Origin: Candidatus Hodarchaeum mangrovi
GTDB taxonomy: Archaea; Asgardarchaeota; Heimdallarchaeia; Hodarchaeales; Hodarchaeaceae
DNA length: 33,041 bases
Assembly (NCBI GenBank): GCA_016839515.1
Contig: JAEOUE010000116.1
Coordinates: 1 to 33,041 of the forward strand
Direction: 5' to 3'
Below are positions 12,201 through 18,440 of the stretch, one piece after another. The notes beneath the pieces were generated by a model. That model had not been told where the DNA came from, made no database searches, and worked only from the letters and a program-made list of their open reading frames with translations. Positions within the stretch are counted from its first letter, which is position 1. Every line of letters begins with the position of its first letter. The position numbers and the translations under genes are program-made.

Positions 12201-12566
12201 ACAGGATTCTCTGAAGATTTTGAAATCGAAGTGCCTTCAGGTTATGATTTTGTTTTAGCCCTAGGTACTAGAATTAGTGTTTTAACCTATGGTTTTTCAC
12301 TTGAGCGTCCTGAAGCTAGAGGAGGAAGAGAAAATATCACTGTTAATTTTCTGATTCATAAAGAACTCTTCCCTCTCGTTAATCAATTTGTCCCTGAAAT
12401 TCAAAAAGAAGTACATCAAATACATATCATCATGGATAAGGAACCCAATGAAAAAGAAAAGATCTTAAAGAATATTTTTGAATTACGAAAATATCTTTCA
12501 AAGATTATTCTGTCTTATCAAGAAATTTATGGAACTACAGAGCTTTTATTAAGTGAGGAAAAATGA
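3276..12566 (+). CDS. Giant single-pass surface protein: 3x (DUF2341 + LamG/ConA-like), Ig/cadherin-like repeats, TM helix, cytoplasmic longin/uDENN-like domain
   Basis: Uninterrupted 3096-codon ORF; the true start is probably ATG 3303 or 3318. N-terminal hydrophobic signal (KYLIVSILGLQIIASALIL). Three units show YRK.ITI..FPVL.D..WV..MY.GN..W...WHL..DFDG.ND..FDG.IDE. About 11 NxxP/DxDxD/W/DG repeats follow, with many NxS/T sequons. TM WVLLVAGLAVFLVIIGSIVYV at 11907-11969 is followed by KFIRK and a ~200-aa tail. Confidence 0.9.
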   Translation: MNKTKDQRHMSCKIMKLGKYLIVSILGLQIIASALILSINNPVVVGEFSKHLLRGLEYPNNLEESVYHSVPRLMNESLDSYSLVKQETSTPLKPKILDSFSLPSWNGLGFSYRKNITINPANIPIDLLNFPVLIDLESDPDLAGIQQINGNDLFFTDAQGNKLAFELEYFDKQNLNLKAWVKTDISSSSPTVISMYFGNSTVSSQANPTGVWGADYMGVWHLNNNPVGGTMFDSTSNNNDGTPGGSMTSNDLIKGLIGKAIDFDGSNDLINLGNINSNLWTGITVEAWVFHDVLGDDRVICKSPDSVTANHIFSLAIETSNRLRVRLSTDGTGGTVASSLDSSGTISLGTWHHIAFTWSSTSERVYLYIDGAQDINNFAKDGDSIMDSTVPVIIANVNSGTENRYFDGLIEEARIIKSALPSSWITVEYLNQFNPYKFYSVGNLERPSTYDLFRYSKQLTIDHSKVIGTADHNLINILFDIYDPDLRVTGKLPNNGENLVFTNIDTKNNLYYEVEEWNPTYNSTHARLRVWVQVDTLFVDKNTHIKMFYGNQANYGYYRPDIVWSDYLGVWHLGESVIDEGSAVNVHIDSSTNSNHGNQHGNDDITGMSGLAQNLDGTNDYIEMGDLDILELQGDQFFTLSGWFYRDTATTSDVIIDKFYPQSPDYTGYLIYIDETDGLLHFYQGDDDDDGIHMASSTNFNTAPSGWYSFYITFDTGVNSDTSSWNIYINGNDDTAIRELWGIGAPSYSGNDDFYSSNNLASFTIGAHHNLSNYFDGKIDEIRFIQEELSSDRVATEYNNIKSPVEFYSISNEQENENWWIDSSFGRKKDIILDNSYFGSNEEMIFQYPRAPGYTETWNHFSKTGGTQDYQTYDEQVADDDSSYIYTTVNDSYRYTSFFIKGISDLEGDIISLSVKTRTRRTGSIISGETRSFIRLNNNNYYGSSRWPSYSYSTFTDTWTTNPLTLSSWTWDDLANLQLGVRGRITYTSTIQLRITQVYVEIKYSNNGQLFDYPLLVDIKDSDLKTDIQSNGKDIAFYDSTGTKLTHEISILDQDFNSTHAHLQTWVKMKTLSLSSSTVLSMYYGNSTIESQEQKYDTWNSFKAVYHLEESPVGQIVDDSLKGFNLTSSGSMSSGDLVSGKIGNAIDFDGINDQLYSTQNMQFNSFSISAWINFENGNGWRTILNIDRTASYPNWLQLAITDFIPTIDDSSGSYTFGSALSTYTWYYITYIYDNNTNELRVYVNGVQAGSIRFLVISERNDDYALGAWGTSDWFDGRIDELRIGSIPYENAWIKMDYITQVNPGSVLHIGNEYDHEAPLINDFGVDDFGQGTPIFWANVTDWDSTTSGVKIQINETEYSMTKNGTGIWIYQATVAYNDYIEYAISNSTDNKGNYLTKPSNTKSVTFNYDTISPTVVDWIYLTDTKEFRANVSDSWGIIDTVILNVTYHENMGDLTDLWAVMRNTTYGYVNDTIFMIEGTINFVVTVNDTNGNTFTSATHPGYVANNPPSISNLQLSKNPLTLDLPVTSNDTLFVLYDYADTENDLEFGTEIRWEKWNGSHWILQSAFNDRKNITAASLIRGAIWQVQVHPKDGKDFGNWGITGNITIQNSIPIVTGISLTPSAPITSSNLVAAYVWLDADTGDTEQGSQIRWYLDNGNGSGYFLLTAYNNLKTLPFSVTSKGYQVYFNVTPSDGIGLGNQVKSQIITIQNSPPSLIVKINGFSTPGTVDNVTDLNGSYIYTDIDLDSINISSLEIRWWRYNFSSSQFENYVNNTFIISNTITKTTDLWRVEMRVSDGTTISSWFSSATISIGVSPNTPPEALFVNLTSSNPVAGGYLYANYTYYDLNGDPEASTTFKWFRNGVHQPQFDGMQQISTSLIKSDNWTVSVRPQDIYNDYGNWSTSEIIKILNTAPTVITATIFPASNVYTSNILLANFQVDDIDEDSVTTYSIVWLNGTKEISELNNHTEVTVAFTKKGEVWKYIVRVYDGEAWSNNFTSSSITVLNSLSYLESVTLIGGRNTSQDVGFIYSFKDIDNDIIDTGKTKINWTIEFEGGGNITVNGVWTLSHVYFSAGDYITIQITPHDGESLGLVWESYRVRLIIGNAIPQVQGQPNILAPNNSTIYYASGKLSLNYSAYDADFGESSSLYNLDFDLEGYVVGAQYRWYRNGILMSDLTTPTVSVNYLARGQIWKAGVRIRDRFGSYSKWVNSSSILIINSLPYITSFQVLNPNVRSDQNLDIKFSFYDYDLDTINISKTLIYWYKNSFLISGTENSTVISVEQGINLYYVTIRLYSDYYIRGDNITVEVQPHDGLNWAIVVNTSSTIMIRNAKPTAYNVNLLANGTSSIAYTIDPLNVSWAYFDLDNDPEVSMEAKIIWRNKGIIQPMFENFTSINPINTLKGDIWSVEVLVYDGFEWSSIGKSSPPISIINSPPVVFSVIIESNSHNRTETYADTDLVLDLLDNVNFTDVDGDFILWYESDINWFRNSIYIPMYDNLTILPSTATTKGEIWYAVLRITDDLKIWSLNISSQTILIVNKAPIVLGVSLDGNEYSGFFVEDENITIIINLFDVDIGDNDSSYLYWSVNGNYLSQFDNLRTISSKYTTPGDIWSLEVIASDGFRNATTIFPFSFDIESRPSIENITTEILQESDGQYLISSLITDALNHSIELVRYNLFINGAILSDSGFMAPNSTGHWRFSYDLLSNENNSYFGTIATVYITARSNIGVTTVQSFNFTLIDGVAPRVSKSAGSLGVYFKPDKDTNPTNLTFFAEIEEYGSGAEQILLFYYFELIEEGEGAFLAQEDYNVVEMIYQRTVGLVQIYSVSIPFSANGSNFNVLYYVSTLDLSGNLNENAFDIRNYPDRIENERLIYRVPGLPEWVLLVAGLAVFLVIIGSIVYVKFIRKPEIVGLDKELVIAKLKNIIDSDVVNALDTHTIGVVVSFFDQRHGPIPIIVIPEILKDNFAKLVEMSDRSFSVTGFSEDFEIEVPSGYDFVLALGTRISVLTYGFSLERPEARGGRENITVNFLIHKELFPLVNQFVPEIQKEVHQIHIIMDKEPNEKEKILKNIFELRKYLSKIILSYQEIYGTTELLLSEEK
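7788..11170 (+). repeat. About 11 tandem ~100-aa Ig/cadherin-like protein repeats within the giant ORF
   Basis: Units start NNPP, NSIP, NSPP, NTPP, NTAP, NSLS, NAIP, NSLP, NAKP, NSPP, NKAP. Each has an aromatic-x-x-x-D-x-D/N/E-x-D-type loop, a conserved Trp strand and a late V-x-P/V-x-DG strand. The units are diverged at DNA level. Confidence 0.8.
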
Positions 12567-12571
12567 TTTAT

Positions 12572-14827
12572 TCAATTATCCTCTAAAAGAGCTAGGTAAT
12601 GCTTTAATTTTTCAGAAGTCTCATCAACTTCCTTTTCTTTTTTATCAACTTGTTCTGGTATGAATTTAGGGATACGATCTTTCCAACTTTTCTTCTGTTT
12701 AGCGGTAGCTTGAATAAATGTCTGAAGAGAAGCATGAATCAACCGGCTTGCAAAATCAAAAGCTCCATCAGTTTCAAGAGGGATTTGCATTCTATCTTTA
12801 ATTAAGTGACTAATTCCTTCAATAGATAGGCTTCCATCAATTTCAACATTTCCAATGGGATGTCCTCTCTGTAGAAACGATAAAATGTAATTAGCATTAC
12901 CATTTGGTTTTGGTTCTAAAGTAAATGCAACACCTTGACTATCTGGTAATAGAAGGTAGTTACCTTGAACCTGAACTTCCAATGGAACTTTGAATTCGGA
13001 TAACGGGATTTTTTTAATATCCATCGATCCTTCTTTCGGAGACGTAACTAAATCTTTTGTTGATTTTAATTTTTTGACTTTTAGACTCTGGATTGCCTTA
13101 TGAATAATATTCGCTGCAAAATCGAGAGAAGCTTTTCCACCTTCAAAGATTCCCAAAGTTAACATACTCAATTCATAAGCCATAAAGTAGATGAGCTCAT
13201 TTATTGTTACATTTGGTGAAAGAATTGACCCACCAATAAGCTCATATTTATTTTGACCAGTAAAGATATAGAAATTTAATTGAACATTCACAGCTTCCTC
13301 CCCAGCTAACTCTATTCTAAATCCGAGGTCACGAGTATCTGGCAAAGTTATTATCCCCTCAATATTTTCTGAAATCACAGGAATATCGATACTAGCTTTT
13401 TCAATTGGCTTTTCTTTGGCTGGAGGTAGGACAATTTCTTCTTTAACTTTCTCTTTCTGCTTTTCTTTTACTTTTCGCTCTTCTCTTAAATCCTTTAAAT
13501 AACCCTCAGCAATTTGTGCTATAGATAAATTCGGACGTTCTGTAGCAATAACTAAACATTGAACCATCTCATCTTCAGCGATTAAGTTTTTAAGATATGC
13601 ATTAAAAAGTTCCGTAATTCGAAATTTATTCAGAGTACTAATATGTTTTAATTTTTGGTTCTTAACAAATGGGATGTATTTTAATATGACATTTAGTACT
13701 AGAGGAACAGGGATCCCAGATCTAGCTGCCATTTCAAAGAGATCAACATACCCAGAATTCATTAAATCAATTGCTTGTGCTTTTTCAATACGATAATAAT
13801 CAATAAGATGAACAATTTGCTTATTTTCTAATTCTTTCTCAATGGTAAGAGATTCAGAGGAAACAACTTTTATTTCTTCCGTTACAGTCTCAGGTTGTTT
13901 AGGAAAGGAGGATTGGTATGTAGAAGAAGATTTACTGGCTTCTGAAATAAAATTTTCATTTTGAACTGGCTCTGGTGTCATTTTATTATTTAGGGAATTT
14001 TCCGCAAAAGCTTTAGCTTCAGCTTGAGGTTTATTAGTAACAGCAGTGGACAAAAGGGATTGGAGGCGTTGTAAAATGGCAGGATCTCCAGCTTTAGATT
14101 TATCAGCTTGCATTATTGAAATTGTATGTGATCCAACAGGTTGATCTGAAGTTATTGCTGCTTCTGGTTTCTTTAAAATAATTGAACTATCAGCATATTC
14201 CTCAATCAAACCGATTTTACGCCCTTCTACAAATTCACTCTCTGAAAGCGAAGGCATTACGAGTTCAAAGATTCTTCCAAATGCATCAATAACTGTTTCA
14301 GGTTTATAAATCGTCGTTCTAAAAAATCTTAATGATTTAGGATTATATTCAAGTTGAAATTGTTCCTTTAATTGAGAATGAATACTTTCATAATTTGGGC
14401 TAGCACGAAGTAAATCATTTTTATGAAGAAAAACAAAGACTTCCGCTTCAGGTGAAAAAGTATTCAGTTTTTCTAAGCATGCTGCAAAATATTGAATCGA
14501 ATTATTTCGGGTTGTTTTATTTGCAACATCAATTAAATAAATAAAAGTTTTTACAGAAGAAAAAACAAACGGACTAAAGCCGCTTAGAAACCTCTTTAGA
14601 AAAATCTTCTGTCCTCCAAGGTCAACGATGTTAATTGGAGTATCTTTCACATTAAGTGATAGTCTTTCATAGTTTATTGTAGCAGATAGGGAACTAACTT
14701 CCTCAGTTCTCTTTTTTAAAAAGAAAATACGTTTAACCGCTGTTTTACCTGCTTCAGAAAGACCAGCGATTAGAATCTTATAACCTAACCTTTGAGTAAT
14801 TTCTGAATCCGAAACCCATTCGCTCAC
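12572..14827 (-). CDS. Rag/Gtr1-family small GTPase with a ~560-aa C-terminal extension
   Basis: G1 GLSEAGKT, G2 ATINY, G3 DLGGQ, G4 HKND (Rag-type His), G5 TTIY. GTG start. A low-complexity linker, a helical region and a duplicated C-terminal domain follow. Confidence 0.85.
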   Translation of the reverse strand: MSEWVSDSEITQRLGYKILIAGLSEAGKTAVKRIFFLKKRTEEVSSLSATINYERLSLNVKDTPINIVDLGGQKIFLKRFLSGFSPFVFSSVKTFIYLIDVANKTTRNNSIQYFAACLEKLNTFSPEAEVFVFLHKNDLLRASPNYESIHSQLKEQFQLEYNPKSLRFFRTTIYKPETVIDAFGRIFELVMPSLSESEFVEGRKIGLIEEYADSSIILKKPEAAITSDQPVGSHTISIMQADKSKAGDPAILQRLQSLLSTAVTNKPQAEAKAFAENSLNNKMTPEPVQNENFISEASKSSSTYQSSFPKQPETVTEEIKVVSSESLTIEKELENKQIVHLIDYYRIEKAQAIDLMNSGYVDLFEMAARSGIPVPLVLNVILKYIPFVKNQKLKHISTLNKFRITELFNAYLKNLIAEDEMVQCLVIATERPNLSIAQIAEGYLKDLREERKVKEKQKEKVKEEIVLPPAKEKPIEKASIDIPVISENIEGIITLPDTRDLGFRIELAGEEAVNVQLNFYIFTGQNKYELIGGSILSPNVTINELIYFMAYELSMLTLGIFEGGKASLDFAANIIHKAIQSLKVKKLKSTKDLVTSPKEGSMDIKKIPLSEFKVPLEVQVQGNYLLLPDSQGVAFTLEPKPNGNANYILSFLQRGHPIGNVEIDGSLSIEGISHLIKDRMQIPLETDGAFDFASRLIHASLQTFIQATAKQKKSWKDRIPKFIPEQVDKKEKEVDETSEKLKHYLALLEDN

Positions 14828-14985
14828 GATAATCCCTTGATTTTATAGCTTATTGAGAAAGTAATTTGTCTATTGAGATGTATTATCATATTTCTATGAG
14901 TTATGAATTATAGATTCTTTTTAATGCAATGCTAACTAATATATTAGAAAAGCTTAATTAAAAGAATATCATTTCAAAAATCAAT
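14828..14985. promoter_or_regulatory. Probable bidirectional promoter region between the two GTPase genes
   Basis: 158-bp AT-rich gap between head-to-head starts, with several TATA-like tracts and the palindrome CTAATATATTAG at 14936-14947. Exact elements cannot be assigned. Confidence 0.45.
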
Positions 14986-15897
14986 ATGGCAACTCTTCAA
15001 ACAATTCAAAAGGTAGTCTTTCTAGGCTTAGGCCATTCTGGGAAATCAAGCATTAAATCAGTTGTTTTTGAAGGTAAAAGCCCAGAAGAGGTTATGGATT
15101 ACGCTGCGACAATTAACTATACCCGTTCGACAAAAGGGGTTTTAGACAGTGCGTTTCAAATATTCGATTGTGGAGGGCAAGAGAATTTTATTTCAGTATT
15201 TGTAGGTGATCAAGCAGAATTTATCTTTTCTGATGTAATCGTGTTAATCTGGGTTGTGGATGTCTCTAATATGGATCAAATTAGTACTAGTAAATTCTAT
15301 TTTGACCATGCTCTTAAGAGACTAAATCAATATTCCCCTGAAGCGGAAATCTATGTTTTTTTTCATAAAAATGATTTGATTATACAAAATCTTCAAAAAC
15401 AAGTAATAGAAACAATGGAACAATATTTTGTTTCTCCTTATGATAATAAAATCACCTATCGTGCAACTTCTATATTTAATCAGTCTATTTATCTTGCGAT
15501 TGGAGAAATTATTCGTACTTTGATGATAAAGTCAACTAAAGCTCAAACTGTAAGCGAGGCTATTCGAGAATTTTTAAAACAGAATAAAGAGCTAGGAGGA
15601 GTCTCGATTTATACAGCAGAAGAGGGTCTTCCAGTTTTTGAGGAAGGCGAACTAGCAGAACAAATAATTATCCCCGCTAATTTGTGTTTAACAACAAATG
15701 AAAGGATTGGGTCTGAATTTAGTGTTACAGATGTTTTTAAAACCACTATTGAAACTAATGACTATATTTTTGTTTTTCAACATTTAAAAACAACTCAAGA
15801 ACTCCTTTTATCAGGGATTGCACGAAAAATTGCCCCCTTGCAATATGTTATGGTAAAAATGGAACAACTAGCAACTATTGTGAAAGAGTTATTATAA
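14986..15897 (+). CDS. Rag/Gtr1-family small GTPase with a C-terminal roadblock/longin-like domain
   Basis: G1 GLGHSGKSS, G2 ATINY, G3 DCGGQ (as in RagA/Gtr1), G4 HKND, G5 TSIF. The C-terminal ~115 aa show a helix, GGVSIYTAEEGLPV, a helix, beta strands and a final helix, typical of the roadblock/profilin-like fold. Confidence 0.88.
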   Translation: MATLQTIQKVVFLGLGHSGKSSIKSVVFEGKSPEEVMDYAATINYTRSTKGVLDSAFQIFDCGGQENFISVFVGDQAEFIFSDVIVLIWVVDVSNMDQISTSKFYFDHALKRLNQYSPEAEIYVFFHKNDLIIQNLQKQVIETMEQYFVSPYDNKITYRATSIFNQSIYLAIGEIIRTLMIKSTKAQTVSEAIREFLKQNKELGGVSIYTAEEGLPVFEEGELAEQIIIPANLCLTTNERIGSEFSVTDVFKTTIETNDYIFVFQHLKTTQELLLSGIARKIAPLQYVMVKMEQLATIVKELL

Positions 15898-15929
15898 TAT
15901 TCTTTCTATTATTCTAACACATGGATACG

Positions 15930-16046
15930 TTAACGGAAATCACTAGCAGCAAGTAATGCTTTTTTTACATCTTCACCATAATCAAAACTTTCAGAAAACA
16001 TAGCTATTTCGATCTGTTCCATGGCTAACTGTAAAAATTGAGCCAT
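15930..16046 (-). CDS. Possible 38-aa small protein or gene remnant (MAQFLQLAMEQIEIAMFSESFDYGEDVKKALLAASDFR)
   Basis: Read manually, below the ORF-track cut-off. It fills the gap downstream of 16111-16548 on the same strand and has protein-like composition. Confidence 0.3.
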   Translation of the reverse strand: MAQFLQLAMEQIEIAMFSESFDYGEDVKKALLAASDFR

Positions 16047-16110
16047 ATCATATCCGAATATTTGGAAAAAAAGGAGAGAAGGAAGAATCTGATACTTAGA
16101 ATGCTATTCT

Positions 16111-16548
16111 TCAGTTCACTAAAACTGGGATCAGCAACCCAAACATCAGAAACATCCAAGAGTTAGCAATCAGCTTCATTAAAGGATAGGGAGTCCTTGT
16201 TAAAAATACAGCAAAATCTAATAACAAAGAAAATAAAAGAAAACCTCCAATATACACTAATTTTGGATTTAGACCAAAAATCGATTCCTGAAGCAAGATT
16301 TGCTCATAAAACCACGTAAAAAATGGTCCAATTAGTAAGGCAAAACCTATTACTAATAATAGGGGAAGAAGATATTTAAAAAGGCTATAAAATAACACAG
16401 AGTTAATTAGTTCATCATTTGGAGATTCTTCTCTCATTTCTGTTACTAATTCATCTGAAATATAACCTAATCCTATTGCCATTACAAGTCCAAATAAAAA
16501 ACCTACAATAATTGAATTTAAATTCCATATAAAGATCACATTTTTCAC
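16111..16548 (-). CDS. Hypothetical membrane protein (~4 TM)
   Basis: 145 aa with four hydrophobic segments; GTG start; divergent from the Lrp/AsnC regulator. Confidence 0.75.
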   Translation of the reverse strand: MKNVIFIWNLNSIIVGFLFGLVMAIGLGYISDELVTEMREESPNDELINSVLFYSLFKYLLPLLLVIGFALLIGPFFTWFYEQILLQESIFGLNPKLVYIGGFLLFSLLLDFAVFLTRTPYPLMKLIANSWMFLMFGLLIPVLVN

Positions 16549-16557
16549 CTCATATTT

Positions 16558-16582
16558 TAAAACTAATTAATACTTAGTTTTA
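16558..16582. promoter_or_regulatory. Inverted repeat TAAAACTAA-N7-TTAGTTTTA, candidate operator
   Basis: Perfect 9-bp arms just upstream of the membrane-protein start, in the divergent gap with the Lrp gene. It is AT-rich, so chance is possible. Confidence 0.3.
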
Positions 16583-16708
16583 GGGTTTAATCAAGGTTTA
16601 GGCAATTAGGAATTCACTTTTAGGAATAAAGCTAGGACAAAATTCCCAGAAATCGAAAGAAAACTTTAAGATTCTAGTAACCTTCAATTTTAAAAGAGTG
16701 TAAAAAGA

Positions 16709-17644
16709 TTGGATTTACTCGATAAATCTATTTTATTTGAATTAAGCTCAAATTGTCGGGTATCTTTTACTTTTCTTGCTCAAAAATACGGAGTTACATC
16801 TAATACAATCAAAAATAGAGTGAAAATTTTAGAAGAACAACAAATCATAAAGAAATATATTGTAGAGCTAAATCCTAAATTATTAAATCTAAATACTGCC
16901 ATTATTTGGATAAAATTTCCCTCTTTAATTAATACGGATACTTTTTTAAAACTTGGCCAGAATGAAAACATTTCTGCCATAGGAATAGGATTAGATTCGG
17001 CGTTTTTAATTATTAACTATCTATCAAATAATGAATTAGCACAAATGAAAGATTTAGTTTTGAAACAAATAGATACTGAAGAGATCATCGTATTTCCAGT
17101 TTTACCACCTCTTTCTATCAAAACCCTGATTCCTAAAAGGAATTTAGAAGAAATTAATGATATTGAATGGTATATTTTATCTCTTTTACGGCATAATGCA
17201 AGAATAACCTTGAGTAATCTTTCTAGGAAAACAAATCTTTCAGTAAAAACCCTCAGACGAAGAATCGAAACACTCCATTCCGATTCTATTGCTTTTTTTA
17301 CAATTCAAATGAACCCAAGTGTTCTTAAGAAAGGATTAATGGTAATTTTTGCCCTTGAGCTTAAAAAATTAACTTTAGAATCTCAAACCTTGATAGAAAA
17401 GGAGGTAAGAAAAAAATTAGGTGAAAAATTTTGGGTTAGTTGGCAAGTTGTAGATAGACCAATTATTCTTCTCGCATTTCAAGCCAATAATATGTTAGAA
17501 GTATCAAACATCTCTAAAACCTTATCTGCTATTGAAAAAAACCCTATATCTATTCAAAAATTAATAGGAGAAAAATTTGAATATTTTTCAGATCTATTTG
17601 ACCATTTATTAGATAAAAAAATAAACAAAATTAAAATAAACTGA
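16709..17644 (+). CDS. Lrp/AsnC-family transcriptional regulator with two tandem wHTH-effector modules
   Basis: MDLLDKSILFELSSNCRVSFTFLAQKYGVTSNTIKNRVKILEE and a second copy, IEWYILSLLRHNARITLSNLSRKTNLSVKTLRRRIETL. Confidence 0.85.
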   Translation: MDLLDKSILFELSSNCRVSFTFLAQKYGVTSNTIKNRVKILEEQQIIKKYIVELNPKLLNLNTAIIWIKFPSLINTDTFLKLGQNENISAIGIGLDSAFLIINYLSNNELAQMKDLVLKQIDTEEIIVFPVLPPLSIKTLIPKRNLEEINDIEWYILSLLRHNARITLSNLSRKTNLSVKTLRRRIETLHSDSIAFFTIQMNPSVLKKGLMVIFALELKKLTLESQTLIEKEVRKKLGEKFWVSWQVVDRPIILLAFQANNMLEVSNISKTLSAIEKNPISIQKLIGEKFEYFSDLFDHLLDKKINKIKIN

Positions 17645-17654
17645 AAATATGACC

Positions 17655-18323
17655 TTATTTTTGATTTCCGCTACTAAAACAATGTGAGATTTTAGTATAC
17701 CATGAATCTTCATCCAATAATATAAGGAGGAGCCTCAGAGTATCTAATAATGACTCTATATTTTTCCAATTCAACTGACTCACTAAATCGGCAAGACTTT
17801 TATCAGCATTTCTAATTAAATTTTGAGCTAATTCCCCCTTTGCTGAGAATAGGTCTATCAAATTGTTTCTAAAACATTCTACATCCACAATTTTGTTCAG
17901 ATGAGATTCCAATACTTTAGCCACTCCTGTATAATAGAGATACTTTTGTTTTTCAGTCTCTTCACACACCTCTTCAGATTTTGTTTTTACAAAAAAGATT
18001 TTTGCAGTTCTCATATAAAGGGTTTGGGTATTACGCTTTCCTTTGTAGGGAAATTTTCGCATTCCAGCTGATACAACTAATTTATAGTTTTCCAAAATTC
18101 CTAAATGCCTATAAATAGTTTTTTTAGACTTTTCAACACCTGAAGCATCAAGTTCTCTTTTTAAATCATCAACAGTCATAGGATTATTAGTTTTTCGAAG
18201 GATATTCAGAATATTATTGAGATTAGGGTCTTGAAACAGCTTAAGAACTTCAGGGTCAGTAATATCTTTGACAAGTGGCTGTAAATAAGAAATCTCATCA
18301 ACAAAATTATTTTCAGAGTTCAA
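17655..18323 (-). CDS. Winged-helix (ArsR-like) transcriptional regulator
   Basis: FQDPNLNNILNILR..PMTVDDL..KSKKTIYRHLGILENYKLV..TLYMRTAK. Confidence 0.8.
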   Translation of the reverse strand: MNSENNFVDEISYLQPLVKDITDPEVLKLFQDPNLNNILNILRKTNNPMTVDDLKRELDASGVEKSKKTIYRHLGILENYKLVVSAGMRKFPYKGKRNTQTLYMRTAKIFFVKTKSEEVCEETEKQKYLYYTGVAKVLESHLNKIVDVECFRNNLIDLFSAKGELAQNLIRNADKSLADLVSQLNWKNIESLLDTLRLLLILLDEDSWYTKISHCFSSGNQK

Positions 18324-18382
18324 TTTAATCTCTCCAATTTTTTTTCATATAAGAGTTGCCACAAAAAATATTTTTTTAAAGT

Positions 18383-18408
18383 GTCTCAGCTATATGAGAC
18401 TAATCTCA
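18383..18408. promoter_or_regulatory. Candidate operator GTCTCA-N6-TGAGAC with overlapping TGAGA-N4-TCTCA
   Basis: Dyad in the divergent gap between the wHTH regulator and the GNAT-like gene, directly after a TTTTTTAAA TATA-like tract ending at 18380. Confidence 0.4.
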
Positions 18409-18440
18409 TTTATTTGAGTTTAAATGTTTTGAGGTTAGAA

